Source: Prorocentrum cordatum
Taxonomy: Eukaryota
Assembly: GCA_963575745.1 (NCBI GenBank)
Contig: CAUYUJ010000336.1
Span: 124,001-188,000, forward strand
Direction of reading: 5' to 3'
Length of the DNA: 64,000 bases
Shown in pieces: positions 1 through 11,258 of the stretch. A program made the position numbers and the translations under genes. The notes under the pieces are model-generated. The model saw nothing but the letters and a program-made list of their open reading frames with translations. It ran no database searches and was not told the origin of the DNA. Each line of letters starts with the position of its first letter. Position 1 is the stretch's first letter.

Positions 1-179
1 AGGAGGAGGTTGGGAAGAGGGTGGGAGGGAGGGAAAGCGGGAGGGATGGAGACAGGGAAGGAGGGAGGGAGGGAGGGATGGAGGAGGAGGAGGAGGAGGG
101 AAGAGGTGAGGAAAGATGAGGAGGAATCACCCAGCTGTTGCCCGCCCCCGCTTCCGCCCGTCGGCGTTCTGACGCGAAG

Positions 180-267
180 GTCCAGAAGGACGTCCAGAAA
201 TGCCAGACCAACAGTTACGCCCTGTTCAAAGAGAGATTCGCCCCCGCGAGGCTTCTCAACAGAACAG
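180..267 (+). CDS. Candidate isolated internal exon of an unknown gene (VQKDVQKCQTNSYALFKERFAPARLLNRT)
   Basis: Open, non-repetitive 88-nt block in low-complexity DNA. Preceded by ctgacgcgaag| (branch-like CTGAC plus AG) and ending at cag|gc, a dinoflagellate-type GC donor. No family recognised. Confidence 0.35.
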
Positions 268-691
268 GCGTCCCTCCTATTCGTCCATTATCATCTTCCT
301 CTCCGTCCCTCAGCCTCTCTTCGTCCCTGTCCCTCTGCGGTGATCTCTATCTCAGGCTGCCCGTCCAACTGCTTGTCGGCCTACCTACCGGCCAGCCAAC
401 CTTGAACGCTAACCAATTCCCTTGCGCGTGCTGATCGGAATTCGCATATAAATGTCGAATGTTTTCAATATGTTTGTACGCTCTACGCCTCATCATCCAC
501 CCCTCTTCTTTACTGTGAAGAACTCGTCGTCGCTACACCAGCCATGTCGGTTGGGCGGATCGTGCGTTTCGTTTTAGCCTTCCCCACCATTCACGACCCT
601 GGGAATTTTGCAGTAAGGATAGTCTGCGGACGGTGTTAAACTGTGGCTGTAGCCATTGGAGGGAGAGAGCGATCTATCGTCGCATGGTTGC

Positions 692-1002
692 TCCCCCCCC
701 TCTGGGAACCCTGGGGTGGGGGGAAGGTCCAGGAGTAGGAGAAATCACAACCAAGTAGGACGGATTCCAACCATTTTGTTCCCAATCCCAACCAATTGGT
801 ACCAAGTACAGCTCGCTAGAAGCTCTTCAATGTGTAATTGGGTTTTAGATGCTGCGTACAAGGGATCCTATTGTAGACCCAATGGCTTAATGTAAGTGGT
901 AGCAGTTGCTTTTCTGGCCGGTTGAGAAGTGGCCAGATCGGTTGGGATTGGTCCGACATGCGGGACGGTCCCCTCCCTCCCAGGAAACCCAGGGGGGGGG
1001 AA
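692..1002. mobile_element. MITE-like element with ~30-bp imperfect TIRs
   Basis: Left end tcccccccctctgggaaccctgggg is roughly the reverse complement of right end cccaggaaacccagggggggggaa. Interior non-coding. Confidence 0.4.
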
Positions 1003-1370
1003 AGGGGAGTTGAGCTTTCCCCCGACCCAGAAACCGGGGTTGGGCAGGGGTGCAGAACCCCCCCCCCGTTCGAGCCGAATGGCGGTGGTGGTGGTGGTTG
1101 AGACACTCCCCTCCCTTTCCGGAATTCGAGCAGGAATTCAAACAGGAAGGGGCGGCGGGAGGAGGAGGGCGGGGGCTGCTCCCGACGACGCGGATGACGA
1201 CGACGACGCCGTCGCCGACGAGCAGCGGGTAAACCCACGATAGGACCGAGGAATGTTCATGACACCGACGATGCGGATCGGTCGGGCAGGACACTAAATG
1301 GAACATGACAGCTCCGACGCCGACAGCAACAGCAACAACACCAACACAAACGACGACGACGACGAGCGTT

Positions 1371-1920
1371 CTAGGGCTGGATCAGCTCTATTGGAATCCT
1401 GAAGGATTGGGTCCAGGATTGATAGAATCCTACACGTGCTCGATCCAGGTCTACTAGAGCCCTGATAGGGCTGGGGTCATCTGTAATGGGATCTTACGTA
1501 GAGCTCGATCCAGCTCTAATCGAATCCTGCTATCGCGGCTGGGTCCAGCTCTAATAGAATCTCACTCGGGCCGGATCAAACTCTCATGGGCTCATACAAC
1601 GGCTCAGCCCAGTTCTCATAGAATCCTACTAGGGCTGGGTCCACCTACACTGGAATCCCAGAAAGGGTTCGGTCCAGGTCTAGTCGGTGCCTGATAGGAA
1701 GGCTGGGTCCAGCAATAATGCAAACCTACGGGGGCGCTGTCCAATCTTGATGGAATCCTACGAGCGTCTGAATCGAGCTCCAATAGAATTTCGCCTTGGC
1801 TCGATCCAAGTCTAGGATCCTACTATGGTTCGGCTGCAGCTCTTGTAGAATCCCATGATGGCTCGATCCAGATTAAGACCAGCTTACTGAGGCTCGGTCC
1901 ATCTTAGAATGCACCCGACT
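1371..1920. repeat. Degenerate ~33-bp tandem minisatellite (consensus ~gggctcgatccagctctaatagaatcctac)
   Basis: Recurrent gggtccag/gatccag ... gaatcc motifs at regular spacing. Confidence 0.75.
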
Positions 1921-1928
1921 AGCGCTCA

Positions 1929-2190
1929 GTCGTCGTAGTCGTCGTCGTAGTCGTCGTCATCATCGTCTTCGTGATCGTCGTCGTCGGCGTCGTGATCGTC
2001 GTGGTCGTCGCCAAAGTGGATTCCAGTGGCGCTCAGTTGTCGTCGTCGTCAACGTAGACGTCGACGTCGACGTCGATGTCGTGGTCGTCGTCGTCTTCGT
2101 CGTCGTCGTCGCCGTGGTGGCCGTGATCGTGGTCGTGGTGGTTGTCGTCCTCGTCGCCGTCGCTGTTGTCGTCGTCGCAGTCGTCGTCGC
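1929..2190. repeat. (GTC)n microsatellite
   Basis: Direct reading. Confidence 0.9.
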
Positions 2191-2197
2191 CCTTGGC

Positions 2198-2380
2198 GCC
2201 CCCACCCCTCCTTGGGTTCGAAGCAGGGGGCCCGCGCTGGTCTGAACCCCCGGGGGCCGGGGGGGGGGATGCATCTGACCCCCCCCGTTCGAACCCGGGG
2301 GTGTGCATCCCCCCCCAGTTCGGAATCGGAGGCTGTTTTACACCCCCGCGCCGGTTCGAACCGTGGTGTGGGGGGGGGCT
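2198..2380. mobile_element. Foldback/MITE-like element rich in gttcgaa palindromes
   Basis: Ends ccccacccc...ggttcgaagc and ccggttcgaaccgtggtgtggggg are loosely inverted. A related fragment lies near 1035-1076. Confidence 0.4.
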
Positions 2381-3029
2381 CGCCAGTAGCGGCAGAAAAC
2401 GCTGTTTCCCCCATTTCGTCTCGCCCACCAGTCCCAAAAGTTTTAAGACGTTACAAGGATGGACGGGTGGTATTCAATATGTGGTTCTCTGTTTCGCGCC
2501 GTGCATCTCTGTTTCAACCACTCCCGACAGCGACTATGATGGAAGTTGGGTGGTTCGGAGCATGTGGTTCTCGCTTTGCTACGCGCACGTACGTTCTCTC
2601 GCCTTGGCGCCGCGCGCATCCGTTTCGAAGTCTTCACGCTTCGCGTACCACCACAGTATGGGTGCCTACGCCCCTGCACTTAATTCACTCACAGCTCGCA
2701 GACTCTGGCCGTCGACCACCCTGGCAGCAAGCCGCGTTGCATGCGTGCACCCTGGCAGTGCAGCTTCCCAGCAGTTGCCGTCAGCCCCCTTCCACTCGCC
2801 GGCCTGGCCGCCGAGGTGCCGCGTGAGGCTTCGGCCCACCGCTTTAGGTTAATTCGTCTTTGCGCGGCCCGCTCTGACTGGACTCGCCGCTGGCGCTCTC
2901 GCCTTCGGCCGCTGACTAAAAGTACCACCACAGTATCACCATTGGCCCATCCAGGAATAATGCCCAGGGGAGTGGCATACTCGCGTTGCGTCGGAGGGTT
3001 CCATAGGGCCAGAGGCCCTATTAGATGCC

Positions 3030-5500
3030 TCCATGGGTCATTTGGGGTGTCCCTTGGAAGCCTCTTAGAGACCTCTGGGGTGTCTTGGGGGGCTCTTGGG
3101 GCGTCTTGTGGGCCGAGGGTCTCTTGGGCGCCTCGTGGGGACCTCTTGGGCTGGGGGCCATCCTCGGCTTGGATGTTCTTTTTGTTGGCAGTTTTGGGCG
3201 CGCCTTGGAGAATATCGATCAGAAACGAGGTCCCCCCGCCCGGAAGCAGCCTACCCCCGGAGGCTTCGAGGAGAAGTTCCTGCGGCTGGCGCCGCACCTG
3301 CGGAAGTGAGCCGCGAGCCGATGCGGCGCCGTGCCGTCGGCGCGCTCGCCCATGGGGCGCATTCCTCCGCTGGCGGGGCATCGGGCTTGGAGGCTTGTCG
3401 CGGCGCGCGCCTGGTGGCGAGGCGGGAGCGGCCATCTCGAGAAAAGATCGAAGGAGAAGCAACAGTAGTTACAGGCGGCCCGGATTAGTAGGTCGACCTT
3501 GCCAACTCAAGGGTACCTTTGTGTCCTGTGCCTCGCGACACGTGCCTTCTCACACTCCTATGGCGATGTGGCCCTCGGAAGGGTCTTGTGTCCTCTCGCG
3601 TGTCCTGTCCAATCAATGCCGACTGTATGCACTTCCGACGGTTCGTGAGGATTTCTTGGATCTGCGCTGGGGTTCCCTGGCGTCGCCGCTTCTGGCGCAC
3701 TCCGCGCGCCAGGGAGGGGGGTCCGAGTCCAGCGCAGATGCGAGATTGTAGAGGCCTCCAGCCGGTGCTGCCGATCCGGGACGATCCCGCTGTCAGAAGG
3801 ACGCTTTCGCCCCAGCGCGCTTGTTCAAACGTAAGTGGTTTGGAAACAGCTTGGAGGCATTGCGTGGGCTTCTTGAGGGGCCTCTACGACGCATCTTCGA
3901 GGCCTCCCCGGGGGCGTCTTGGAGGTGATTGTTGAGCCTCTTGGGGGCCTTTTGGCTTCTTGGGGGCATGCAGGAGGCATCCTGGAGGCCTCCTGGGGGT
4001 GTGTAGGAGGTAATATTTAAGTCTTCGGGAGCGCTTTTGGGCGCCTTTTGGGGGCCTCTTGAGGGCCACTTGGAACCTCTCGGGGTTTCTTGGGGACTCC
4101 TAGGGCCATTTTGGTGCCTCCTGGGCGCCTCTTGGGCCCGTCCTGGGGCCCGCTTGGGCTGTCTTGGGGGCCTCCCGAGCCGTCTTGGGCCCTTCTTGGG
4201 CCGACTTGGGGCCCTCTTGAGAGCCTCTGTGCCTGTTTTGGGGGTCTCTTGAGCCGTGTTGGACACTGCGACGGCCGAAGAAGCGAAAGTGCAAAACAAA
4301 CAACGTTTTCCTAAGGGAATGGGGCAGATTTTCCGTCTTTGGGCACTCTTAGGAGGTGTCGGGGAGGGTACGTTGGAGGCTTCTGGAGCCGTCTGAGGAT
4401 CAAATTGAATGTCTTGGAGCGATGTTTCGGCCACTCAGGGCCCTCTTGGGCCGTCTGGGCGGCCGCTGAGTTTTTATATGAGCCCGCGTTCGAGCTCTCC
4501 AGGGCGAGGGCGCGCCAGGGACGGGGGTCCGGGTCCAGCGCAGATGCGAGATATTCGCACGGGCCGTCGAAAGTTTAGGTTTCTGTTGTCTTCTTCCTCC
4601 AAGAGGGGGGCTCCGGGCCAGGGCCCCGGGTGGCGCCCTCGGGCCCCAAGGGGCGGGGGGCCCCAGGCGGTGCGGCGACCATGCCGCGTGGGCAGTCCGG
4701 GGGGGTCACCTATCAAGCGACGTGAAAGGCTTCAAGCGGTCTGTGCGCGATGTGTGTTTGTGATTGCCATTATCTTTCCCTGCTAAACCCTCTGATGCGC
4801 TTAGTTTGTCATGTTGCGTGTCCTCCTCTCCTTGAGTCAAGAGTCTTCCTCATTGCTTTCCTCGTTTCCTCCGTGATACCAACCCCGATGAGGTATCCTT
4901 TGTCTTCCACATCTTTCTCCACTCCCAGAGTGCGCTTTCGCATTTCCCTTCACGTCGCTCGCCCTTTCTGGTCTCTTCTTTCCTTACTCCATGGTCCCTC
5001 GTGTGTTCGAATTTGTTGGTGATCATCGCTGCGCTCTCTGTCGCTGACCCCCCGTGCTGAGCCATCTTGTGGCTAAATTGTAGCGGCTTGCTTTGGGGCC
5101 ATTATGGGGTTTCTCTTAGGGCATCTTGGCGCAATTTTACGGGCCATTAGTTCAGGGACTGTCTTGGAACTTCTGGGGCCTATCCTGCGGGGCCTTGTTG
5201 GGCTATCCTGGGCGAAATGGGTGACATCTTGGGGCCTTTGGGGGCCGCTGGGCATTGTCGGGGGCTATGGGGAACGTCTTGAAGCGATCTTTGGACGTCT
5301 TGGGAGCAACACATGGGACAGGCGCAACACACTGAAGGCACAGTGGAATTTCAATGTGTGCTGCATTCTCCTCGTGGGCTATCTTGGAGAGATATTGGGG
5401 CCATCTTCGGCCGTTTTAGGCTCTTGAAGCCCTCTTCGGAGCCTCCTGAAGCCACCCTCGAGGCCTCTTGGGCCCTACTGGCCGCGCGGTGGCGCCCAAT
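3030..5500 (+). repeat. Blocks of a strand-skewed degenerate tcttggggcc (~10-11 bp) repeat family (approx. 3030-3210, 3840-4480, 5060-5500)
   Basis: Pervasive cttggg/ggcctc motifs. The same family recurs at 7165-8340 (minus), 24060-24450, 28785-29480, 56780-57850 and 60440-60650 (minus). Confidence 0.7.
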
Positions 5501-5599
5501 GAGAATCCCCGGGTAACCTCTCCCGCCCGGGTGTTCTTTTTTGAGCGGGTGGGCCTTCAGTAGACGGTGTGAATTTGGCGCGACCCAAATCAGGGGACA

Positions 5600-5895
5600 G
5601 GTTGCTATCGCATGGGCGCATTGTATGGCGCTGCTTTGCGTTGTTCGGCATTGCTTGGCATTGTTTGTTGTTGTTCGAGATTGCCCGGCGTTGCTTGGCG
5701 TTCTCCGGCATTGCCTGGCATTGTTTGCCGTTGTTCTGGATTGCCTGGCGACTGCTTTGCGTTGTTCGGCATTGCCTGGCATTGTTTCATGTTGTTTTGG
5801 ATTGCCTGGCGTTGCTTGGCGTTGCTTGGCATTGCTTGGCTTTGCCTTGCTGTTGCTTACTATTGCTTGGCCTGCTTGGCGCTGCTTGGCGCTGC
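5600..5895. repeat. 10-bp minisatellite (gcattgcttg/gcgttgcttg)
   Basis: Direct reading. Confidence 0.85.
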
Positions 5896-6257
5896 ATGGA
5901 AACAAGACCGAGTAACCCCATGACGGTCATTGTAACGAAACAAATCCAAGTAACCCCAGGAAGCGCCACAGAAAAGAACCAAGACCAAACCATTGCAAGG
6001 GAACACGACAAGCTCAGATAACGCGTCTTCAAGGAAACAAGACCAAGCAACCCTGGGCAATCGATGACCGATTGCGTCCAGTACAAAACGGTTTCTTCCA
6101 TTACAGCCTAATGGGCGAACACAGCAGGCAACCCTGGCAATTGGGCAACGCTTTCTAAGGGGACCCTGGCGACGACAGTATCCGGCACCCACCAGTTCTT
6201 TCCAATCAAATATGAATGTGTGTGGCAGGTTCTGCTTGGGGGGGGAGTAAATATCAC

Positions 6258-6720
6258 GGCCAAGACCAAGGAACCCAAACCAACGGAACCAACAAGGAAC
6301 CCACAAGGAACCCGCAGGGAACTAATGTGAGGGAACCCACAAAGAACCAAGACCAAGGAACCATGGAACCAAGACCAACCCACCAAGAAGTTAGTTCAAA
6401 CCAGCCAATATCAATTCCGAGGAACCAAGACCTTGGAACCAAGGAACCAAGACCAAGGAACTAAGACCAATGAAACGAGGAACCAAGGCCAAAGAACCAA
6501 GGACAGGGAACCAGTGAACCATGGCTAAGGAACTAAGACACCAAGATCGACGAACTGCGAAACTACGACCAAAGAATCCACGAACCAAAATCAAGGAACC
6601 AAGGCGTCAAGGCCGAGGAACCAAGTGAAACCGGGCAACGCTTTGAAGTGACCAAGACAGGGACTCCACCAATATCTCTTATTACGGAAACAAGGCCAAG
6701 GAACCACGAGGAACCTTGTG
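6258..6720. repeat. Degenerate ggaaccaaga/accaag satellite
   Basis: Direct reading. Confidence 0.8.
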
Positions 6721-6898
6721 ACGACCGCGCCTCGCTCACACCAGTTCTTCAAAAACAAGTAAGGCAAACGTGGAGAAGGGGTTTGGGAGGCAAGAGACAA
6801 CAGTTTTAAGGTGGCACACATAAGACAATACAGCAGTATGATACCAGAGGAAAAACCCAATCAGATTTTTTGAATCTTCCAATTGCTCCCTTTGTAAT

Positions 6899-7087
6899 CG
6901 GGCTATAGGGCGGGCTATAGGGCTATGAGGCTATCGGGCTATAGGGCTATAGGGCTATCGGGCTATAGGGCTACAGGGCTATCGGGCTATAGGGCTATAG
7001 GGCTATAGGACTGTGACCTATAGGGCCAGAGGGCTATAGGGCTATGGGGCTGTAGAGCTATATGGGCTATGTGGCTATAGGGATATA
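6899..7087. repeat. 9-bp (gggctatag)n array, left part
   Basis: Direct reading. The array resumes at 8383. Confidence 0.9.
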
Positions 7088-7164
7088 TACATATATGGGA
7101 GATCCCGGGCCCCGGGCCCCGGGCCGGAACCTCCCTTGTATATAGGGTGCGGCCCTCTCCCGGG

Positions 7165-8010
7165 GCGCCCTTCCGGCGGCCCCCGCGCGTTCCAGCCCGC
7201 CCAAGAGGGCTCCAGGAGCGCCGAGAGAACCCCAGGATCGCTTCAAGACCGCCAAAGATCGCTTCCAGAAGGGTCAAGAGGCGCTCAAACCGCCCCAAGA
7301 GGCCTTCAAGAGGCCCCCCACGAGCGCCCCGGGAGACCAAAATAGCCCCATTCCCTTCGTAAAACGTACATTTTTACGATATCAGCTCCCTTAGCTGTCG
7401 GAGCGGCCAGAAAGCCCCACGAGGCGCCCAAGGACGCTCCAGGACGACTGAGGACAGCCCCAAGACGGCCCAGGAGGGCCTCCCGGGACGCTCCTCCGGC
7501 GGCCCCCGGGCTGCCCAGTCCGCCCAAGAAGGCTCCAAGAGCGCCGAGAGAACCCCAGGATCGCTTCAAGACCGCAAAAGATCGCTTCCAGAAGGGCCAA
7601 GAGGCCATCAAACCGCCCCAAGAGGCCTCCAAGAGGCCCCCCAAGAGCGCCCCGGGAGACCAAAATGGCCCCATTCCCTTCGTAAAACGTACATTTTTAG
7701 GATATCAGCTCCCTTGGCTGTCGGAGCGGTCCGAAAGCCCCACGAGGCGCCCTAGGATAGCCCGAAGACAGCCCAGGAAGGCCTCCCGGGACGCTCCTCG
7801 GGCGGCCCCCGGGCCTCCCAGTCCGCCAAAGAAGGCTCCAAGAGCGCCGAGAGAAGCCCAGGATCGCTTCAAGACCGCCAAAGATCGCTTCCAGAAGGGA
7901 CAAGAGGCCATCAAACCGCCCCAAGAGGCCTCCAAGAGGCCCCCCAAGAGCGCCCCGGGAAACCAAAATGGCCCCATTCCCTTCGTAAAACGTACATTTT
8001 TAGGATATCT
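7165..8010 (-). repeat. Three diverged tandem units of ~300-320 bp
   Basis: ccccattcccttcgtaaaacgtacatttttasgatatc recurs near 7346, 7669 and 7972 with aligned upstream sequence. Confidence 0.85.
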
Positions 8011-8341
8011 CATCCCTTGGCTGTCCGAGTTGTCAGACAGCCCCAGGAGGCGCCCAAGGACGCCCCAGGACGCCTGAGGACAGCGCTAAGAGGGCCTAGG
8101 AGGGCTTCCTGGGACGCTCCTCGGGCGGCCCCCGGGCCTCCCAGTCCGCCCAAGATGGCCCAAGAGACTTCCCGGTCGCCCCGAGAGGGCCCCCGGAGCG
8201 CTCCGATACGGCCCAACATGGCCTCCAGAAGGGCCACGAGGCCGTCAAGACGCCCCAAGAAGGCTCCAAGAGGCCTTCCAAAAGGGCCCCGGAATCGCCA
8301 CGGAATCGGACCCGTGCTTGCGAACACCGTTTTCGGAGCAA

Positions 8342-8383
8342 ACTAGAACCTAAGCGCGCGCGAAGCGCGCGCGTGGTTCTAGT
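8342..8383 (+). mobile_element. 42-bp hairpin mini-element actagaacc-taagc-stem/GAA/stem-ggttctagt (Helitron-terminus-like)
   Basis: Outer inverted repeat actagaacc/ggttctagt encloses gcgcgcgc-gaa-gcgcgcgc. Homologous copies at 62752 and 63021. Confidence 0.6.
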
Positions 8384-8520
8384 AGGGATATAAGGATATT
8401 AGGGCTATAGGGCTACTGGGCTATAGGGCTACAGGGCTATAGGGCTATAGGGCTATACGGCTACAGGGCTATAGAGCTATAGGGCTACTGGGCTATTGGG
8501 CTATTGGGTGGGCTATTGGG
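8383..8520. repeat. 9-bp (gggctatag)n array, right part, followed by (gggcacccc)n to ~8660
   Basis: Direct reading. Confidence 0.9.
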
Positions 8521-8969
8521 CACCCCCGGGCACCCCTGGGCACCCTGGCACCCGGGCACCCGGGCCCAGCCACCGAAATCGGCCACGCACTTCACCGGCC
8601 ACCCGGGCACCCGGGCACCCGGGCACCCGGGCACCGCCGGGCACCCTGGCACCCAGGCACCTTGGGCCTCACCTAACCCTTTAATCCGCTATAGGACCCC
8701 TACAGAGGCAAGCTCTGATTGGGGAAAACACGGCAGTAATAGGGCCGGCGGATTTGCACACCGCTCGCATTACCCTTGACATTGATCCTGATCATGCCTC
8801 CAGCTACGAGCTCGTTGGCTCCGAAGCTGCGTTCCCCGATCTGCCCGCCATGGCCTCTCTTGGACGCTGCACGCGAGACTCCAAGACGGGAAGACCCGGA
8901 GCACGCGCGAAGCGCGCGCGATGGTGCCCGTATGAGAAGAGACCTGCTGAGGTGTTGAAGGCCAGAATT

Positions 8970-9144
8970 GACGAACGAACAACACACACACACCCGTACC
9001 CATAGGTTGGACGGATGGGGGTCCCTGCTCGAACGGAAGACTCCCCCGGGGTCCGACAACCCGCACCCATACCCATAGCAAGTCTTCCCCCTTCCGACCC
9101 CGTAATGGGTATGGGTGTGTGTGTGTGTGTGCTGCTCCTTCGTC
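8970..9144. mobile_element. MITE with (CA)n-containing TIRs and a ~7-bp TSD
   Basis: Left gacgaacgaacaacacacacacacccgtacccat mirrors right atgggtatgggtgtgtgtg...ccttcgtc. Flanks are cagaatt (8963-8969) and cagaatg (9145-9151). Confidence 0.65.
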
Positions 9145-9355
9145 CAGAATGAGCGGCCCCGCTCCCGACACAAGGGGTAGGAGCAGCAGCTTGTGCTGTG
9201 CCCGAGCGGGAGGGCCGGCTTCACAGGGGTGGTCGGCGCGGCGCCACAGGCAAGGGCGGTGTCTCGCTCGCTCTCGGGCGCGGCCCTGCTTCCGACGGCC
9301 TCTGGGCCAGCGCGCAGAGCATGCGCCGTGCCCAGCCCAAAGCTCAGAGGGGGGC

Positions 9356-9472
9356 ATTGGTACTGATACCGCTACCCTGGGAGGCCCTCGCCGGAACGGC
9401 TGGATTCGCTTCGAAATTCTTGTCAGAACGCGCCCCAGGAGAGGTCCAGGGAGTGGAAGTATCGGTACCTAT
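9356..9472. mobile_element. Short MITE with ggtac TIRs; second copy at 55211-55356
   Basis: Ends ggtactgatacc...gtatcggtacc. The core gctggattcgc..gaattct.gtcagaacgc.ccccaggagaggtccagggagt is shared with the 55.2-kb copy. Confidence 0.7.
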
Positions 9473-10099
9473 TAGTTCCCCCAAGAGCGCAACATTTGGG
9501 AGCAAAAAGCACGGCGCTGAGGCAACAACTACATTTTGCTTGCTGGTTCGCTGGTGCGGTGTCCTCCGCGAAGCATTCCTGTTGCATGTTTTTTGGGGGA
9601 CGTCGGCGACGAAGCGTCCATGCTGAGTGATTTTGTGTTGCTTGTGATAGGTGTAGGGGACCTCCCCCTGTAGGTGTGGAAGCGAGTAGAGCCCGAGCGC
9701 TCGCCAATAATGGATACGCGTAGGCGTGGCTCGAGGAACGGCCGAGCCGTTGCCAGCCCACGCCCTCCTCTCCTCCCCCCGTCCCCCCCCCGTCTCCCCT
9801 CCCCGCCCTCCCTCGAGGTGCACATGATGACATAAACATAGCTTTCGGAGGCCCGCGCGGATGTCTTGGATCGGCGCTGGACCCCCTCCTTGGCGCGTGG
9901 AGCGCGCCAGGGGCGGCGCTGGAGGCGCCGACGGGTGGCTCCAGCGCTGATCCGACAAATCCGCGCGGCTCTTCTTCCCTACCTAGGCTCTGCCTAGAAG
10001 GGTTCTTACTCTCTTTGCTTAAAGGGGCTGGACAGTGTTCCCCGCCCCGGGCGGTTCCCCCGGTCCCCGCCCCGTGGTTCCCCCAGTTGCGCCCCCTTT

Positions 10100-10660
10100 A
10101 CCTTAGCTTTGCGTATCTCAGCTTAGCTTAGTTTTGTTTAGCTGAGCTTAGTTTAACTTCGTCTTAGCTTCGCGTAGCTGTAGCCTAGCTTAGCTTAGCC
10201 TAGGATATCATATCATAGCCCAACATAGCATAGCACAGCGCAGCATAACATAGCATGTCATAGCATAGCATAGCATAGCACAGCATAGCACCTCATAGCA
10301 TAGCATAGCGCAGCTCAGCATAACATACCATAGCCTAGCATAGCGCAGCCTAGCGTAGCATAGCATAACGCAGCATAGCGCAGCATAGCATAGCATAGCA
10401 TAGCATATCATATCATATCAGCAAAGCAAAGCAAAGCAAAGGCACATCAACAGCAGCAACAGCAAAGCAAAGCACAAGCAACGCAAAGCAAAGCAAAGCA
10501 AAGCAACGCAAAAGCAAACGCAAAGCAAAGGAAAGGCAACGCAAAAGCAATGTGCGACAGTACGATCAGAGAGCCCACCCGGTGAGCGAATGCAGAAACA
10601 TGCGTGTGTGTGTGCGAAGGCAAAGCAAAAGCAACATTAAGCAAAAGCAAAAACAAGCAG
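10100..10660. repeat. Compound pentamer satellite (ttagc)n-(tagca)n-(aaagc)n
   Basis: Direct reading. Confidence 0.9.
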
Positions 10661-10821
10661 AATCAAAGGCAACTACGACGATGAGGAGAAGGAGGAGGAC
10701 GGCGTTTACCGTTACTACTAATGCCCATTTCCTAGGGGCTCCACATCCTAGGTAGGGTCGCACTGGGGTAATTTATGTTTATGCCACTACTTGCTCCCCG
10801 ACTCTTCCCCACCCCGTCGCC

Positions 10822-11034
10822 ATGGCCGCGCACGCTGGCAGCCTTGCAGGGTCCACCCGGGCCGCCTCTCTTTGGGGGCGCCTGTTGCCGCTGCTCGCAG
10901 GGCCAGCGGGCACTGCCGGCTGGGTGTCCAGCCCGGTGGCGCGGCACGTGTCTTGCCCGGTGCAGGCCAGCACGCCCACAGCGTGCACATTGGCTGGGTA
11001 CGATGAGGACGGGCTCGAGATGTCCTTCTACATC
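10822..11034 (+). CDS. Coding segment 1 of a putative secreted laminin-B-domain protein (signal-peptide-like stretch and start of Ig/cadherin-like domain)
   Basis: gccATGg context; hydrophobic LWGRLLPLLAG; PVARHVSCPV...TLAGYDEDGLEMSFYI joins in frame to segment 2 when 11035-11258 is removed. Confidence 0.7.
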
Positions 11035-11258
11035 CTATGAGGAAAATCCTGGGGCCCGCTGCGCGCAGTAGTTCTCTTATCTAGCTCACACGTCCGCCCC
11101 ATGATTCTCGCGGCGATGTTCCAACGTACGTCCCACGTGAATCCGACGTAAATCCGACGCAAGCCGACGGGAACCCTACGTAGATTTGACTTTGATCCGA
11201 CGTAAGTATGATCTTGAGTTGCCGCGCGAGGCCTCCAGGATTGTTCTCATAACCCATC
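11035..11258. mobile_element. 224-bp TIR element (MITE or Introner-like) interrupting the gene
   Basis: tatgaggaaaatcctggggccc vs reverse complement of ggcctccaggattgttctcata; catc direct repeat at 11031-11034 and 11255-11258; in-frame stops at both ends. Confidence 0.75.

Noticed and set aside
5898..6140. gaaacaagaccaagcaaccc motif with variable gaps
   Set aside because: Degenerate, irregularly spaced and merges into the adjacent satellite.
6899..8520. Telomere
   Set aside because: The unit is gggctatag rather than TTTAGGG, and the array is interstitial.
11032..11253. U12-type AT-AC intron in the laminin-B gene
   Set aside because: Removing these 222 nt leaves the downstream coding segment out of frame, and the 5' site does not match ATATCCTT.
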